From Spirochaetia bacterium (GTDB lineage Bacteria; Spirochaetota; Spirochaetia; SZUA-6; Bin103), in NCBI GenBank assembly GCA_965203905.1, contig CBDBDQ010000005.1:1312001-1376000 (forward strand): 64,000 bases of DNA. Direction: 5' to 3'. The notes beneath the pieces were generated by a model, which saw only the letters and a program-made list of their open reading frames with translations, searched no databases and was not told where the DNA came from. Every line of letters begins with the position of its first letter. The first letter of the stretch is position 1. The position numbers were made by a program, and so were the translations under genes. Shown here piece after piece: positions 10,611-20,928 of the stretch.

Positions 10611-11282
10611 TCAAAATGGCCTGATTTCATAGATAGTATCGTACCACACAAGTTGTCCATTGTTGTAGTAGAAAGTTGCTGCATATGGGACAATAAATGT
10701 TCCATAGTACGGATCATGAATATAGATATTTCCGCTTGAATCATATCCATATACTACGACTACGTGTCCACTAAAAGCACCACGGTAGGCCGCGATAATT
10801 GGCCTGCCTAAGTCAATTTCATTCCTTATTTCATTCAGGGAAAGGGGACCGCCCCTTAGACTTGAAGTGAGCCGGCCGAACGCAAATAACGTCTGTTGAA
10901 TAACTTGCAAACTTGGTGCGCCCTGTCGACAGTACGGATGCGGAGGACTCAAGCAACAGTTTGCAGTCAACCATGCGGAAAGGATCTCACATTGAACTGA
11001 TCCTCTTCCATAGTACCGAAACACCATTTCGGACGTAGCCGCCCAGCACCAGACTTCAGTTTGCTGTCGTACAAGTGGCAAACTCAGGAGTTGCCTGCGA
11101 TGCACGTTGTCAACAGGATTCGGAGTTGTGATTCGCGGAGGTATCGGGTCAGGATCCGGCGCCGGCGGTGGTGGCAAGAACAAATCGCACGAGACAAATG
11201 CTACACTGGCAACCGAGGTGACCAGAATGGTGCTTGACCGTGCCACTGTTGACAGCGCTCTGGTAATCATTCTATCCGACAT
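10611..11282 (-). CDS. papain-like cysteine protease lipoprotein (C39/C70-like)
   Basis: Lipobox AFVSC, QQTEVWCWAA (catalytic Cys), GHVVVVYGY (His), IHDPYYG (Asp); lower GC than its flanks. Confidence 0.85.
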   Translation of the reverse strand: MSDRMITRALSTVARSSTILVTSVASVAFVSCDLFLPPPPAPDPDPIPPRITTPNPVDNVHRRQLLSLPLVRQQTEVWCWAATSEMVFRYYGRGSVQCEILSAWLTANCCLSPPHPYCRQGAPSLQVIQQTLFAFGRLTSSLRGGPLSLNEIRNEIDLGRPIIAAYRGAFSGHVVVVYGYDSSGNIYIHDPYYGTFIVPYAATFYYNNGQLVWYDTIYEIRPF

Positions 11283-11727
11283 AGGAACAACCTCCGATTA
11301 AGTGGGATTCACGGACAAGCCCATCGATAGTCCGATAGTCGCCGTCTTAGACACGCTGCACCAGCTCCAGATAGCCGTCGATGCCGATTTGACCCGTTCG
11401 GCCAGGTAGGCCGCCGTATGGCGCCCAGGAACCCGTCAGCCAAGTCACCGCGGCAATCGCACCAACCACACTGGTCCTTGAAATGCGCATCTCTCGTCAT
11501 CCTTGTGGAGTTCCGACGGTCGATCATATTCCCGGCGTCTGCCACTCGGCAAGCTCGCGCACATGATCTCCAAGTTCATCGCCTTCCACTTCGGCGCTTC
11601 CGCGTAGTGGAGCTCGGGACTTCGGAGGCGAGCGCTCCGCGGAGTTCATCGACGACATAGCGCCTTGCGGCGTCCCTTCCGTTTTGGTGACACGCACATC
11701 GGTAGTTGAGTACGCGACGCAATTCGA

Positions 11728-12822
11728 CTATTGCCGTTGGAAGTGCATCCAATAGGCCCCGTAGTCGCTATAATAATCATCTTCCGGGTTTTCCTGCCAG
11801 AAGGACACTATCATTCCGTCCGGCCACTGATCGGTAGGAGCGAAGGCGAACCGAGACGCAATGGTTCGAGGTCTCGGTACTTCACCGGTTGGGGTACTGG
11901 TGGCGCTAGCGTCGGTCAGATTGAGATAATACTCATCCTCATGGAGCTGCCACTTCGCAGTCACCTTCGTAACTCCGTTGCGCGACGAATAGTCGAATAG
12001 CAACGTGCCATCGGCGTTTACCGTAAGCGTAAAGTCCCGATTTTCGTGCAGATCGGAATTCTGCCATACGCCCACGACCGACGACGGCGATACATTGTAC
12101 ACGCGCTCGTAGCGCCTAAACCTCGTCTCCAAGCCGCCGGCATCCCACCAGTCCGGAACGAACAATGTGTTACCTTCATCCGATAGTACATAGTCGTATT
12201 CCAAACTCGTGAGGACGTCCGGAGTCGCGCGGTCGTTGTCGTCATCGTGATACCGAGTCTTCGTCACCGTGTCGTCAGATGCTGCCCAGGTACCACTCCC
12301 CCAATGCCTACCGTCCAACGAACCGTCCTTGCTATATAATGACTCATGATGGACATACCTGCTGTTGGTAAATGTCAGAGTCTCCACGATTGTTCCCACG
12401 ATTTCTCCATCATGGTACCATCTGCGGGTGTGACGCCAAGAGCCCCACAGTGTCGGTCTTACCGTGACCGTGAAGCTCAGGGTGGCCGCGGCGCCGTCTT
12501 CATCCGTCGCCGTGTAGCGTAACGGAAAGCTTCCGGCCGTAGTCGGTGTCCCGCTCAACTGTCGGGTCTCGGGGTCGAACGCAAGGCCCGGGACCTCGGG
12601 AGTCAGGGCATAGGTGAAAGCACCTTCTCCCCCGGACGCCTCCGGCAACACGATTGCGGATATGGCCGTGTCTATCACCATTGCCGGTAGCGTCAGCGTA
12701 AGGTCGCCCGCGGCAAAACTGATCGGCATCTTGACCGCCCTTGGGCAACCTGCCAAGAGCACCACCGCTGCGGCGACGGCAGTGGCAACCGCCAGCAGTC
12801 TACTGAGTCGACGAAACTTCAC
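11728..12822 (-). CDS. lipoprotein with putative Ig (He_PIG) domain and variable beta-rich C-terminal domains, paralogue A
   Basis: SD GAGGAG + GTG start, lipobox LLAGC, LPEASGG..GLAFDPETRQLSGTPT. Confidence 0.85.
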   Translation of the reverse strand: MKFRRLSRLLAVATAVAAAVVLLAGCPRAVKMPISFAAGDLTLTLPAMVIDTAISAIVLPEASGGEGAFTYALTPEVPGLAFDPETRQLSGTPTTAGSFPLRYTATDEDGAAATLSFTVTVRPTLWGSWRHTRRWYHDGEIVGTIVETLTFTNSRYVHHESLYSKDGSLDGRHWGSGTWAASDDTVTKTRYHDDDNDRATPDVLTSLEYDYVLSDEGNTLFVPDWWDAGGLETRFRRYERVYNVSPSSVVGVWQNSDLHENRDFTLTVNADGTLLFDYSSRNGVTKVTAKWQLHEDEYYLNLTDASATSTPTGEVPRPRTIASRFAFAPTDQWPDGMIVSFWQENPEDDYYSDYGAYWMHFQRQ

Positions 12823-13048
12823 CTGATTCTCCTCATCTTGCACTTTCGAAGCCTGCGCCATAAGCGAATACCATCCCATCCACTAACCTGCGTCCCCAAC
12901 CGCCAACCGCCTTCCCAAGCACTTGCACCACGCCCTCAGAGCGGGTGGGATCGCTTGCCGAGGTTTGGGACGGCCGCGCTTGCCTTGCACGCAGGTCGGA
13001 GTCGGGTGACTGACGAGAACGATCCTCTGACACGACTGCACGAGAGTC

Positions 13049-13066
13049 CCTACCAGGATTGGTAGG
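13049..13066. promoter_or_regulatory. palindromic operator-like box CCTACCA-GGAT-TGGTAGG upstream of lipoprotein A
   Basis: Perfect 7-bp arms; identical copy at 14820-14837. Confidence 0.55.
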
Positions 13067-13126
13067 ACTGAGAACCAGCCAAGCAACAATTGGACTGCTC
13101 ACCGAGGAGGCGGGTGGCGGTTGCGG

Positions 13127-13190
13127 TTAGTAGCCCAACTCGGCGACCGACAGCACCAGCCGCACCAGATCCGGCTGCCGTGAGATGTGC
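13127..13190 (-). pseudogene. 3'-terminal remnant of a PAS-LuxR gene
   Basis: ISRQPDLVRLVLSVAELGY* matches the end of 14895-16037. Confidence 0.75.
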
Positions 13191-13472
13191 ACCATCAACA
13201 GCGGCAAGTTCATGACCGACCTATCAGATCCTTGACAGATCAGGCAGGATCGTCGTCCTGCCTGATCTCCTTGTCGATAGCCGTCTCACGGGCCCGGTGA
13301 GGCACCTTCTCCAGTCGGATGAGCCGGCATGACGCCCGCCGCTGTAGTCTCCCGCGGAGAGCATCCAGTATCAGTGGACCACGCCAACCGAGGTCACGCC
13401 GCCAGCGCCACAGCCGCAAGAAGCCTCGCAGAGGATGGCACATCGGTAGCTTGAGTACGCGTCGCAATTCGA

Positions 13473-14597
13473 CTATTGCCGTTGGAAGGTCATCCAGTAG
13501 TCTCCATACTCTCTATAACTATCACCAAAGGCCGGGTCTTCGTTCCAGAAGGGCGACACTATCATCTCGTCCGGCCACTTGTCGGTGAGAGCGAAGGCAT
13601 ACCGAGACGCACCCTCAAAATTGGAGTCCGGTTCCGGTACTCCACCGGTTGGGGTCCAGGTAACGCTAGCGTTGGTCAGATTGAGATAGTACTCATCCTC
13701 AACAAGCTGCCAGTTTGCAGTCATCTCCCAAACTCCTCCGGACTCTCGTCCAGACCACGAATTCTCATATAGCAACGTGCCATCGGCGTTTACCGTAAGC
13801 GTGTCAACGACAGACCAATCGTCTCCCATATCCGACCTCTGCCATACGCCGACTACCGACGACGGTGATACACTTTGAACGCGCTCGTAGCGATCGAAAC
13901 TCTGACTGTCGCTCCAACCGCGCCATTCGTGCAACAGTAACACATCGCGCGCCTCATCCGGCCACACATAGTCCTTGTCCAGACTCGTGAGGACTTCCGG
14001 AGTATCGCGGTCATCGTCGTCATCGACATTCCAAGTCTTCGTCACGGTGTCGTCAGATGCTGTCCAGGTACCACTCTCCAACCCTCTGCCGTCAAACGAA
14101 CCATCGGTCCGATAGTGTGCTCTGTACATGATGAACCTGCTGGTAGTGAACGTCAGAGTCTCCACGATCGTTCCCACGATTTCTCCGTCATCGTGCCATC
14201 TGCTGGTGGTACGCCAAGAGCCCCACAGCGTCGGTCTTACCGTGACCGTGAAGCTCAGGGTGGCCGCGTCGCCGTCTTCATCCGTCGCCGTGTAGCGCAA
14301 CGGATAGCTTCCGGCCGTAGTCGGTGTCCCGCTCAACTGCCGGGTCTCGGGGTCGAACGCAAGGCCCGGGACCTCGGGAGCCAGGGCATAGGTGAAAGCA
14401 CCTTCTCCCCCGGACGCCTCCGGCAACACGATTGCGGATATGGCCGTGTCTATCACCATTGCCGGTAGCGTCAGCGTAAGGTCGCCCGCGGCAAAACTGA
14501 TCGGCGTCTTTACCGCCCTTGGGCAACCTGCCAAGAGCACCACCGCGGCGACGGCAGTGGCAACCGCCAGCAGTCTACTGAGTCGACGAAACTTCAC
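13473..14597 (-). CDS. He_PIG lipoprotein, paralogue B
   Basis: First ~125 aa nearly identical to paralogue A; C-terminal part diverged. Confidence 0.85.
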   Translation of the reverse strand: MKFRRLSRLLAVATAVAAVVLLAGCPRAVKTPISFAAGDLTLTLPAMVIDTAISAIVLPEASGGEGAFTYALAPEVPGLAFDPETRQLSGTPTTAGSYPLRYTATDEDGDAATLSFTVTVRPTLWGSWRTTSRWHDDGEIVGTIVETLTFTTSRFIMYRAHYRTDGSFDGRGLESGTWTASDDTVTKTWNVDDDDDRDTPEVLTSLDKDYVWPDEARDVLLLHEWRGWSDSQSFDRYERVQSVSPSSVVGVWQRSDMGDDWSVVDTLTVNADGTLLYENSWSGRESGGVWEMTANWQLVEDEYYLNLTNASVTWTPTGGVPEPDSNFEGASRYAFALTDKWPDEMIVSPFWNEDPAFGDSYREYGDYWMTFQRQ

Positions 14598-14819
14598 TTG
14601 ATTCTCCTCATCTTGCACTTTCGAAGCCTGCGCCATAAGCGAATACCATCGTATCCACTAACCTGTGTCCCCAACCGCCTTCCCAAGCACTTGCACCCGC
14701 CCTCCGGAGCGGGTGGGATCGCTTGCCGAGGGTGGGCGCGCGGTCGCGCATGCCTTGCACGCGGGTTGGAGTCGGGTGACTGGGCGAGACCGATCCTCTG
14801 ACACGATTGCCCGAGAATC

Positions 14820-14837
14820 CCTACCAGGATTGGTAGG
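14820..14837. promoter_or_regulatory. palindromic operator-like box upstream of lipoprotein B
   Basis: CCTACCAGGATTGGTAGG, same as 13049-13066. Confidence 0.55.
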
Positions 14838-14894
14838 ACTAGACGCGAGCAAGCAAACCGGACTGCCCACCGAGGAGGCGGGTGCCGTTGCGGG

Positions 14895-16037
14895 TTAGTA
14901 GCGCAACTCGGTGACCGACAGCACGATGCGTACCAAGTCCGCCTGCCGGGAGATGCGCAGTTTCTGGTAGATTTGCTTCAGGTGCCAATAGATGGCGCCA
15001 CTGGTGTGGCCGGTGGCTCGGGCCATCTGGTCCACGCTTCTGCCTTCCGCCAACCAGGCAGCGACTTGACTTTCACCCGACGTCAGCCCCAGAGCCGTGG
15101 CTAGCAAGTCGGGATCGACGGGATGCGGGCGCCCCGGCTCGACAATCAGTACCAGCGCCGCGATGTACCGCGCTCGGTAGTAGTGCGGTTGGGGGACTGG
15201 CACGGGTTTGACGTGCGCCACCAACGGCCGCAGCACCGACGAGCGGCGGAGCGGCATCGACCCACTGACCGCGACGTCATCGGACGTCGGCACTGCGGCG
15301 GCCACCAGCCGCTCAAGGCGGAGCCGGTCGTCCGGCGACCGGGCACGCAGCAACCCGTCCCGGTCAGACAACGCGTCACCGCGTCGCAGGATGTCGCGCG
15401 CGCGGTCGTTGACCGCCATGATACGTCCCCGCTGATCCAGGTGTACCGCGCCTATGCGAGGGTTATCGAGCAAAGTGCCCGCGGTCATGACTTGCGCCTT
15501 GGCGCTGACCAGCGCCTGCCGGACGCGAAAAAACTGTCGGATATGGGGCACCAGCCGCGTGATCATCGCGATCTGCGACGCCCCCCAACCCTCCGAGCCG
15601 ACGGGATTACCGAGGCCCCAGGTCAAGTGGGAGCCATCCGCACCGTCCATGCGCACGTTCAGGCCATCCTGATATTTCCCCACGAGGAGTGCCTCGTTGT
15701 AGACCGGCGATGCCTTCAGCTCGTCGGCCGTATACAGGTCGGCCATGCGCACCAGTCGACTGTCGGGCAGTTGCCGAAGGCGCGGTATCCGTTCGTCGAT
15801 GGGATAGTAGACTTCGACGTACTGGCGCTCCAGGTCCGGACGCCGCTGCCCACGGTAGTAGAGGCCCACGAAGTGGGTCCGACCTTCGGTGATCGGGCCT
15901 TCCCCTACCGTTAGCGCATTGCCGCTCAGACCGCACGCTTCGTCAATCAGTGCGGAGGTAGCTGCCCAAACGGTTTCGTCGAGCATGGCATCGTACAGCG
16001 ACGCCAGGATGCGCTCGAATGCGTCTCGATCGCTCAT
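14895..16037 (-). CDS. LuxR/CsgD-family HTH regulator with PAS-like region
   Basis: C-terminal LGLTSGESQVAAWLAEGRSVDQMA...HLKQIYQKL; paralogous to 48519-49724. Confidence 0.9.
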   Translation of the reverse strand: MSDRDAFERILASLYDAMLDETVWAATSALIDEACGLSGNALTVGEGPITEGRTHFVGLYYRGQRRPDLERQYVEVYYPIDERIPRLRQLPDSRLVRMADLYTADELKASPVYNEALLVGKYQDGLNVRMDGADGSHLTWGLGNPVGSEGWGASQIAMITRLVPHIRQFFRVRQALVSAKAQVMTAGTLLDNPRIGAVHLDQRGRIMAVNDRARDILRRGDALSDRDGLLRARSPDDRLRLERLVAAAVPTSDDVAVSGSMPLRRSSVLRPLVAHVKPVPVPQPHYYRARYIAALVLIVEPGRPHPVDPDLLATALGLTSGESQVAAWLAEGRSVDQMARATGHTSGAIYWHLKQIYQKLRISRQADLVRIVLSVTELRY

Positions 16038-16227
16038 GATGATTCCGCCTCCAGCAACTTCGGGATGGGCGCAATTGGGTGATCGACAACAAGCGACGGA
16101 ATCTCCTAACGTGTTACCGCGTCCCGAATCACTACCACAATTGGGAGGATTCCTACGGATTTGGGAGTTGCAGAGAGTGCTGGGCGCCCGTCCCGGACCG
16201 GCTCGGGGTGTGGCACACCATCGGCGG

Positions 16228-16345
16228 CCGCTCGTCGACGTGCGCCGCGACGGCCGCTACCGCATCGAGTTGCGGCGCTGGCCGGAGGACGCCGGCTACG
16301 CGCTGGACGCCGGCATCGACGGCGACGACGTGGAGTGCCGCCGTC
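16228..16345 (+). pseudogene. possible fragment of an arylsulfatase C-terminal domain
   Basis: LVDVRRDGRYRIELRRWPEDAG resembles the G.Y.I.LRRWP.EA motif. Confidence 0.4.
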
Positions 16346-16582
16346 GCCGTCCAGCACCAGGCTGGCCGGCGCTTCGCGCAGCACCGTGACCCGCGGATCG
16401 GGCGCGACAACGCTACGGTCAAGCGTCATCGCTTGTAATGGCGCGATTTAGCCCGCGTGGTCCTGGTCGGTGTTGCTCGTCGACGAGAGCAAGGAGGTCG
16501 CGAAGCGTGAACGGGCGTCCGCAAGTCCAGCGGCCATCGCTAACGTGACTCAGAGCTTGGCTCGCGACAGCGTTTGGTGCGG

Positions 16583-16642
16583 TGCAAAATCCGGTGCAGA
16601 AGAGCCACTGATCCGATTTAGGGGAGCCAGCCGTCCAGAAAT
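16583..16642 (+). mobile_element. orphan IS21 left end (60 bp)
   Basis: TGCAAAATCCGGTGCAGAAGAGCCACTGATCCGATT...GGGAGCCAGCCGTCC matches the reverse complement of 36469-36529 with a few mismatches. Confidence 0.85.
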
Positions 16643-16645
16643 GCT

Positions 16646-16832
16646 GGCGGGTCTGCTGCCGCCCGGCGAGCGCCCCTCACCACGCTTCACCTGGATGGGC
16701 AACAAGGAGACCGACCGGCTCACCTCTTTCCCCACCACCTTCATCGAGTCCGCCGGCACCCAGACCAAGCTGGCGCTGCGCATCGCTCGCCGCTACGGCT
16801 GCGTTCTGGAGAGCACGTTGCCGATGAGCGGG
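16646..16832 (+). pseudogene. second fragment copied from the C1 peptidase gene
   Basis: AGLLPPGERPSPRF.WM.NKETDRLTSFPTTFI...ESTLPMSG, matching ~39090-39275. Confidence 0.9.
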
Positions 16833-17159
16833 CTGTAGACGGAGATTTCGAACTATTGCTGAATAGGAAAAAGTGGACTTCGGAGTTTGTATCCGACATG
16901 GGGGATACTTTTGCACAGCATGGAATCGAAGATGAGCCATCACCCGTTACATCATTTTTCTAATGACAGTAGTTGAATTATATGATCCAAGTAAGCGTGC
17001 CACTCCCTCGGAACACAAGGAGAGTAGGAATGCCGGTTGCGACGGGCGGAACCAGGCCAGCTATAGCTGCTAAATCACGGGTTACAGGGGCGCCAGTATG
17101 CCCCCAACCTCCTAAGGAGAGATCACTGTGAAGGCAAAGTGCGTCGCTTTCGTGCTGAT

Positions 17160-17417
17160 GCAGGACAGCCACCAGCAGGAGGAGCGGTTGCCGCTGATCG
17201 TGCCGCTGGTATTCTATCAGGGAGGCAAGCGGTGGGAGTACGCGAGGGACTTTGCGGAGCTGGGTAGCGGATGCGGAGGATTGGCGGTGGGTACCGAGGT
17301 TCGAGCACCTGCTGATCGACCAGACGGAGCAGAGCGCGGATTCGGTGACCGGGGCGGTGGCAGCGAGGCTGCTGCAGATCTCGATGATGGCGAGGTTTCG
17401 GGAAGCGTCGGGCGAGC
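17160..17417 (+). pseudogene. internal fragment copied from rpn (7956-8939)
   Basis: Near-identical to ~8293-8550 with a 1-nt insertion. Confidence 0.9.
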
Positions 17418-17502
17418 GGCCCATAACGGCCCGGTACGGCCTTCTGGTTAGCGGCGGGTATGAGTTCAAAGCGCTGGCGAACCACTTCCCGTTGTACTGG
17501 GT

Positions 17503-18333
17503 ATGGCCGGCGAGATCACCACGCCCCACAACAACCTGTTCCGTTCCGTGTTCGGCGACACCGCCGAGGCGTCCGCCCTGCTGCGCGCACATCTGCCGCA
17601 GGCGATCGGCCGTCAGTTGCTCTGGTCGACCCTCGCGCTCAAGTACTGCATCCGAATCTGGGAACGCGATCGCAGGCGGCATCGGAACGAGAAGCAACTG
17701 CGCCCCATCGTGCCTCTGGTGTTGTACCAGGGCAGGCGCCGCTGGCGTCACGGCCGCGAGTTCTCGGAGCTGTTTGCGCAGCAGGTCCGTCACTGGCCGT
17801 GGGTGCCGCACTACGCACACCTCTTGATCGACCAGACCAGGGCACGGCCGGACCACGTGCGCGGCGAGTTGCGCGGGCGCATCGCGCAACTCGCGATGAT
17901 GGCGACGTTCCGGAAGAACTGGCCCCTGTTGCAGCGGTTGGTGCCGCTGCTGGCGGAGTTGGCACGGGTCGGCGCCGCCGCCGAGGACTGGGAGGAGATC
18001 GTAGTGTACATTGCAGCCACGACAACGCGAGAACCGCGGCGCTGGCAACGGTTCGCAGACGCGGTACGGCGGCGCGTACCGGGAGGTGAAGAACTGATGA
18101 ACAAGACTGAACGGATGCGTCAGATCTACGGCGACGTCAGGGAACAGGAAGGGCGTCGAGAGGGCCGCAAGGAAGGGGAGTTACGAGGCAAGGTGCTGAC
18201 CATCGAGGCACTCCTCGGACGAGATGTCCCCTGGACCACCATCCAGACCGCGACCGGAATCGACCAGGCCACTTTCCACCGGCTCAAGCACGAGCTCGAG
18301 GCCGCCGCCGGCAACCGCCCCCATCCCAACTGA
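17503..18333 (+). pseudogene. Rpn-family gene with an in-frame deletion of the catalytic core
   Basis: PHNNLFRSVF...WSTLAL is joined directly to KYCIRIW; the D..F/EHQS segment present in 7956-8939 is missing. Confidence 0.75.
18097..18333 (+). CDS. putative internal RpnS-like small protein (78 aa)
   Basis: SD GGAGGTG before the in-frame ATG (MNKTERMRQIYG...EGRREGRKEG). Confidence 0.55.
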   Translation: MNKTERMRQIYGDVREQEGRREGRKEGELRGKVLTIEALLGRDVPWTTIQTATGIDQATFHRLKHELEAAAGNRPHPN

Positions 18334-18417
18334 GTCGCTCCGCGCTCGGTCCATGGCACGGCACGGACCGCGGCCGGGACGGTTCACACTCGACTGCGAG
18401 CGCTGGACCGGGGCCAG

Positions 18418-18465
18418 GCCGCGGACGCCGTGCACTTCTCGCGCTACACGAGATCGGTCACGTGC
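18418..18465 (+). pseudogene. leishmanolysin HEXXH micro-fragment
   Basis: CTACACGAGATCGGTCACGTG (LHEIGHV), homologous to 5020-5070. Confidence 0.65.
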
Positions 18466-18666
18466 CAGGGCGGTCTTGCCGAAGCCAGCGGGAGCGCAGA
18501 GGACCGTCCAACGGTGCTCCAGCAGCGCGCACCGTTCCTCCACCTCCGTACGCCGCATGTAGCCCTCGATGGGATCCGGCAACTCCACCCGGTAACGCTG
18601 CAGCCAGCGCGCCTCCTGCGGCGCCGGTTCGGGAACCCGCGCCGCGGCGGGTCTCGCCACCGACTC
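18466..18666 (-). pseudogene. 5' fragment copied from the MalT-like gene
   Basis: ESVARPAAARVPEP...CAPAGFGKTAL, near-identical to 4184-4385. Confidence 0.9.
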
Positions 18667-18825
18667 GGGGCCTCCTGACGACCTCAGCATAACACGCGGC
18701 TGCGGCTGCGATAGTCGTATCGGGGCGGGGGCGCTGGCGGGAGCGGTGGGGGCGTCCGGTGCCTGGAGAGGTTGCGATTCATACTCTCTACAACGGGAGC
18801 CGGCTCGCTCGCGCTTTCGGGAACC

Positions 18826-18910
18826 GTCGCCGAGCACCTCCACACGTCGGAGGAGATGGCCGCATATCTGGAAGCGTGTCTAAAGGAGGCCGACGGCGAT
18901 GCAGCGTTCA
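18826..18910 (+). pseudogene. fragment of a putative addiction-module antidote (HI1420-like)
   Basis: VAEHLHTSEEMAAYLEACLKEADGDAAF. Confidence 0.6.
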
Positions 18911-18967
18911 GCTAGTTTGTCGCAACCGCAAGCGGATGGAGTATGCGGGGGCAGCCGAGTTCCTGCG

Positions 18968-19125
18968 ATGACTGCACCGCCAGACCGGTGATCCTGCCGA
19001 TCAGCAGGCGCGCGACGCGGTCGTTCTGCATCAGGTACTTGAAGACCACGTCGTAGATCGGGTTGGCGACGTCCACGTCGGCATTGAACCTGCGCTCCGC
19101 GGCGCGGGTCAATCGCCCGCCTCGG
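18968..19125 (-). pseudogene. 5' fragment copied from the PD-(D/E)XK gene 22299-23294
   Basis: DVANPIYDVVFKYLMQNDRVARLLIGRITGLAVQS plus upstream DNA, matching ~23188-23342. Confidence 0.9.
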
Positions 19126-19258
19126 ATCGCGACTGGCCGCCTGCGATTTCGTACCTCAAAGGGAGCGCGGCGCGTTTACTTGGTGTCGTTCCCGTAACCT
19201 GGTTAGTAGGGAGGGTTGGGTGACAAGTAGGTAAGCCGCGCCGCGCTCCGGTTCTCTG

Positions 19259-20827
19259 TCACTGCCGGTCGTACAGCTGCCAATAGCCGCCGTACCGGTG
19301 GATCGGATGGTCGACCCAGGTGCCGTCGTCCTGCCGCTGCTGCTCTGCCCAGTAGGACGATATGAGGATCGCGTCCCGGCTTTGGCCGGGCGCGTACGCC
19401 AGCCGCAAGAGCGCTCCGGTTACGTCGTCGAATTCCGGGTTGGGGCCGGTGAACACCACCTCCGAGAGGTGCACCGTGTAGCCCTCGCCCGCCGTCCAAG
19501 TGGCGTCAAATGAGAAGATGGTCGCATCCTCCCCCTCGACGGTGTAGGTGAAGCCGCCGGCGGCCTCGAAGCTGAACGAGAGCGCCACGCCGCTGTCGAG
19601 TACGTGCGTCCAGGTGCCGAGCGGCGGCTCCGGTACCGGGTCGGCGACCCTCGTGAAGGTGACGAACTCGTCAGCCGGGTCTCCGAAGTCCCACGGGTGG
19701 ACCACGAGCTCGTCGTCGTCAGCGCCGCGCTCGAACTGCTTGTCGACGTTCCGGGGCGCCGGCGGATCCTGCTCGTAGTCGATCCAGGTGCGCGTGACGG
19801 TGTAGCCCTCGACGCTCCAGGTGCCACTCTCGGCCCACGATTCCTCAGCGGCGCCGTCGCTCCCGATCAGCGCGAAGTGGTGGATCCAGCGGCTCGCCGT
19901 GAAGGTGAGCGTCTGAAGGTAGCCGTCGGCATCGGTCATCCTCCAGGTACCGATCAGCGCGGGCGGGGGCGGAAGCACCGTCAACGTCGCGTCGTAGCGC
20001 CCGTACCGGTGGACCGGATGGTCGGTCCAGGAGCCGTCGGTCTGTAGCTGCTGCTCGTTCCAGAACGGAGACACGACGATCTGGTCGCGCCGGTTGGTGG
20101 GCGCGTACGCGAGGCGCAGCGTGGCGGCGGCAGAAATCAGCGGCGAGGACGACGTTACGTTGCTCAGGACGACCGTATGGTCGGGCCCTTGCGTCCACGA
20201 CGCCGTAATGGAGACATCGGCGTCCTCGTCACCTCCTTCAACATCGAGCGGGAGGGGGCCACGATAGGTAAAGGCGTCGGCGGCAAACTCGACCGTGGCG
20301 CCACTCCCCATTCTCCAGGTCCCGATCAGTGAATCGGGCAGGGGGGTGTCGACTCTGGAGTACGTGACCAACTCGTCGGCCGGGTCTCCGAGGTCCCAGG
20401 GGTGGATCGCGAGCTCGTTGTCGTCAGCACCGCGTGCGAACAGCTTGTCGACACTACGGACGGTCGGCGGGTCCTGCTCGTAGTCGACCCAGGTGCGCGT
20501 GACGACATCGCCCACTTCGTGCCAGGCGCCGCTCTCGGCCCAGGATTCTTCCACGGCGCCGTCGCTCCCGGTCCGCGCAAAGTGGTGGACCCAGCGGGTG
20601 TCCGTGAAGGTGAGCGTCTGCACGAGATCCTCCTCCGTGATGGTCCAGGTCCCGACCAGCGAGAACGGCGTCGGCTCCGGTGGAGCTACCGGCGCGGGCG
20701 TCACCACTCGGCGACATCCGCCGAGCAGCGTAGCGGCGGCGGCCAGCGCTACCAGTAGCGCGACCATGACGAACCTGACGAACCCATTGCGTGGCAACAT
20801 GGAAATCACCGTAGCGCCCGCCGCCAT
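19259..20827 (-). CDS. lipoprotein with internally duplicated beta-rich domains
   Basis: Lipobox LLGGC; two ~240-aa repeats (GTW...QTLTFT..RW.HHFA...HRYG.Y); related to the 11728, 13473 and 27798 lipoproteins. Confidence 0.85.
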   Translation of the reverse strand: MAAGATVISMLPRNGFVRFVMVALLVALAAAATLLGGCRRVVTPAPVAPPEPTPFSLVGTWTITEEDLVQTLTFTDTRWVHHFARTGSDGAVEESWAESGAWHEVGDVVTRTWVDYEQDPPTVRSVDKLFARGADDNELAIHPWDLGDPADELVTYSRVDTPLPDSLIGTWRMGSGATVEFAADAFTYRGPLPLDVEGGDEDADVSITASWTQGPDHTVVLSNVTSSSPLISAAATLRLAYAPTNRRDQIVVSPFWNEQQLQTDGSWTDHPVHRYGRYDATLTVLPPPPALIGTWRMTDADGYLQTLTFTASRWIHHFALIGSDGAAEESWAESGTWSVEGYTVTRTWIDYEQDPPAPRNVDKQFERGADDDELVVHPWDFGDPADEFVTFTRVADPVPEPPLGTWTHVLDSGVALSFSFEAAGGFTYTVEGEDATIFSFDATWTAGEGYTVHLSEVVFTGPNPEFDDVTGALLRLAYAPGQSRDAILISSYWAEQQRQDDGTWVDHPIHRYGGYWQLYDRQ

Positions 20828-20928
20828 CGGCAGTACCGACCGGTCGAGAAATCCAGCGCGAGAGGTTGTCCTCCGTCAGGTCGTGCATCTCGGGACGGTT
20901 CGCCCGGTCAGTTCGCGGCGCACGACCT

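Noticed and set aside
614-11282. Classical integron cassette array
   Set aside because: No IntI and no recognisable attC (RYYYAAC...GTTRRRY) sites seen around the low-GC genes
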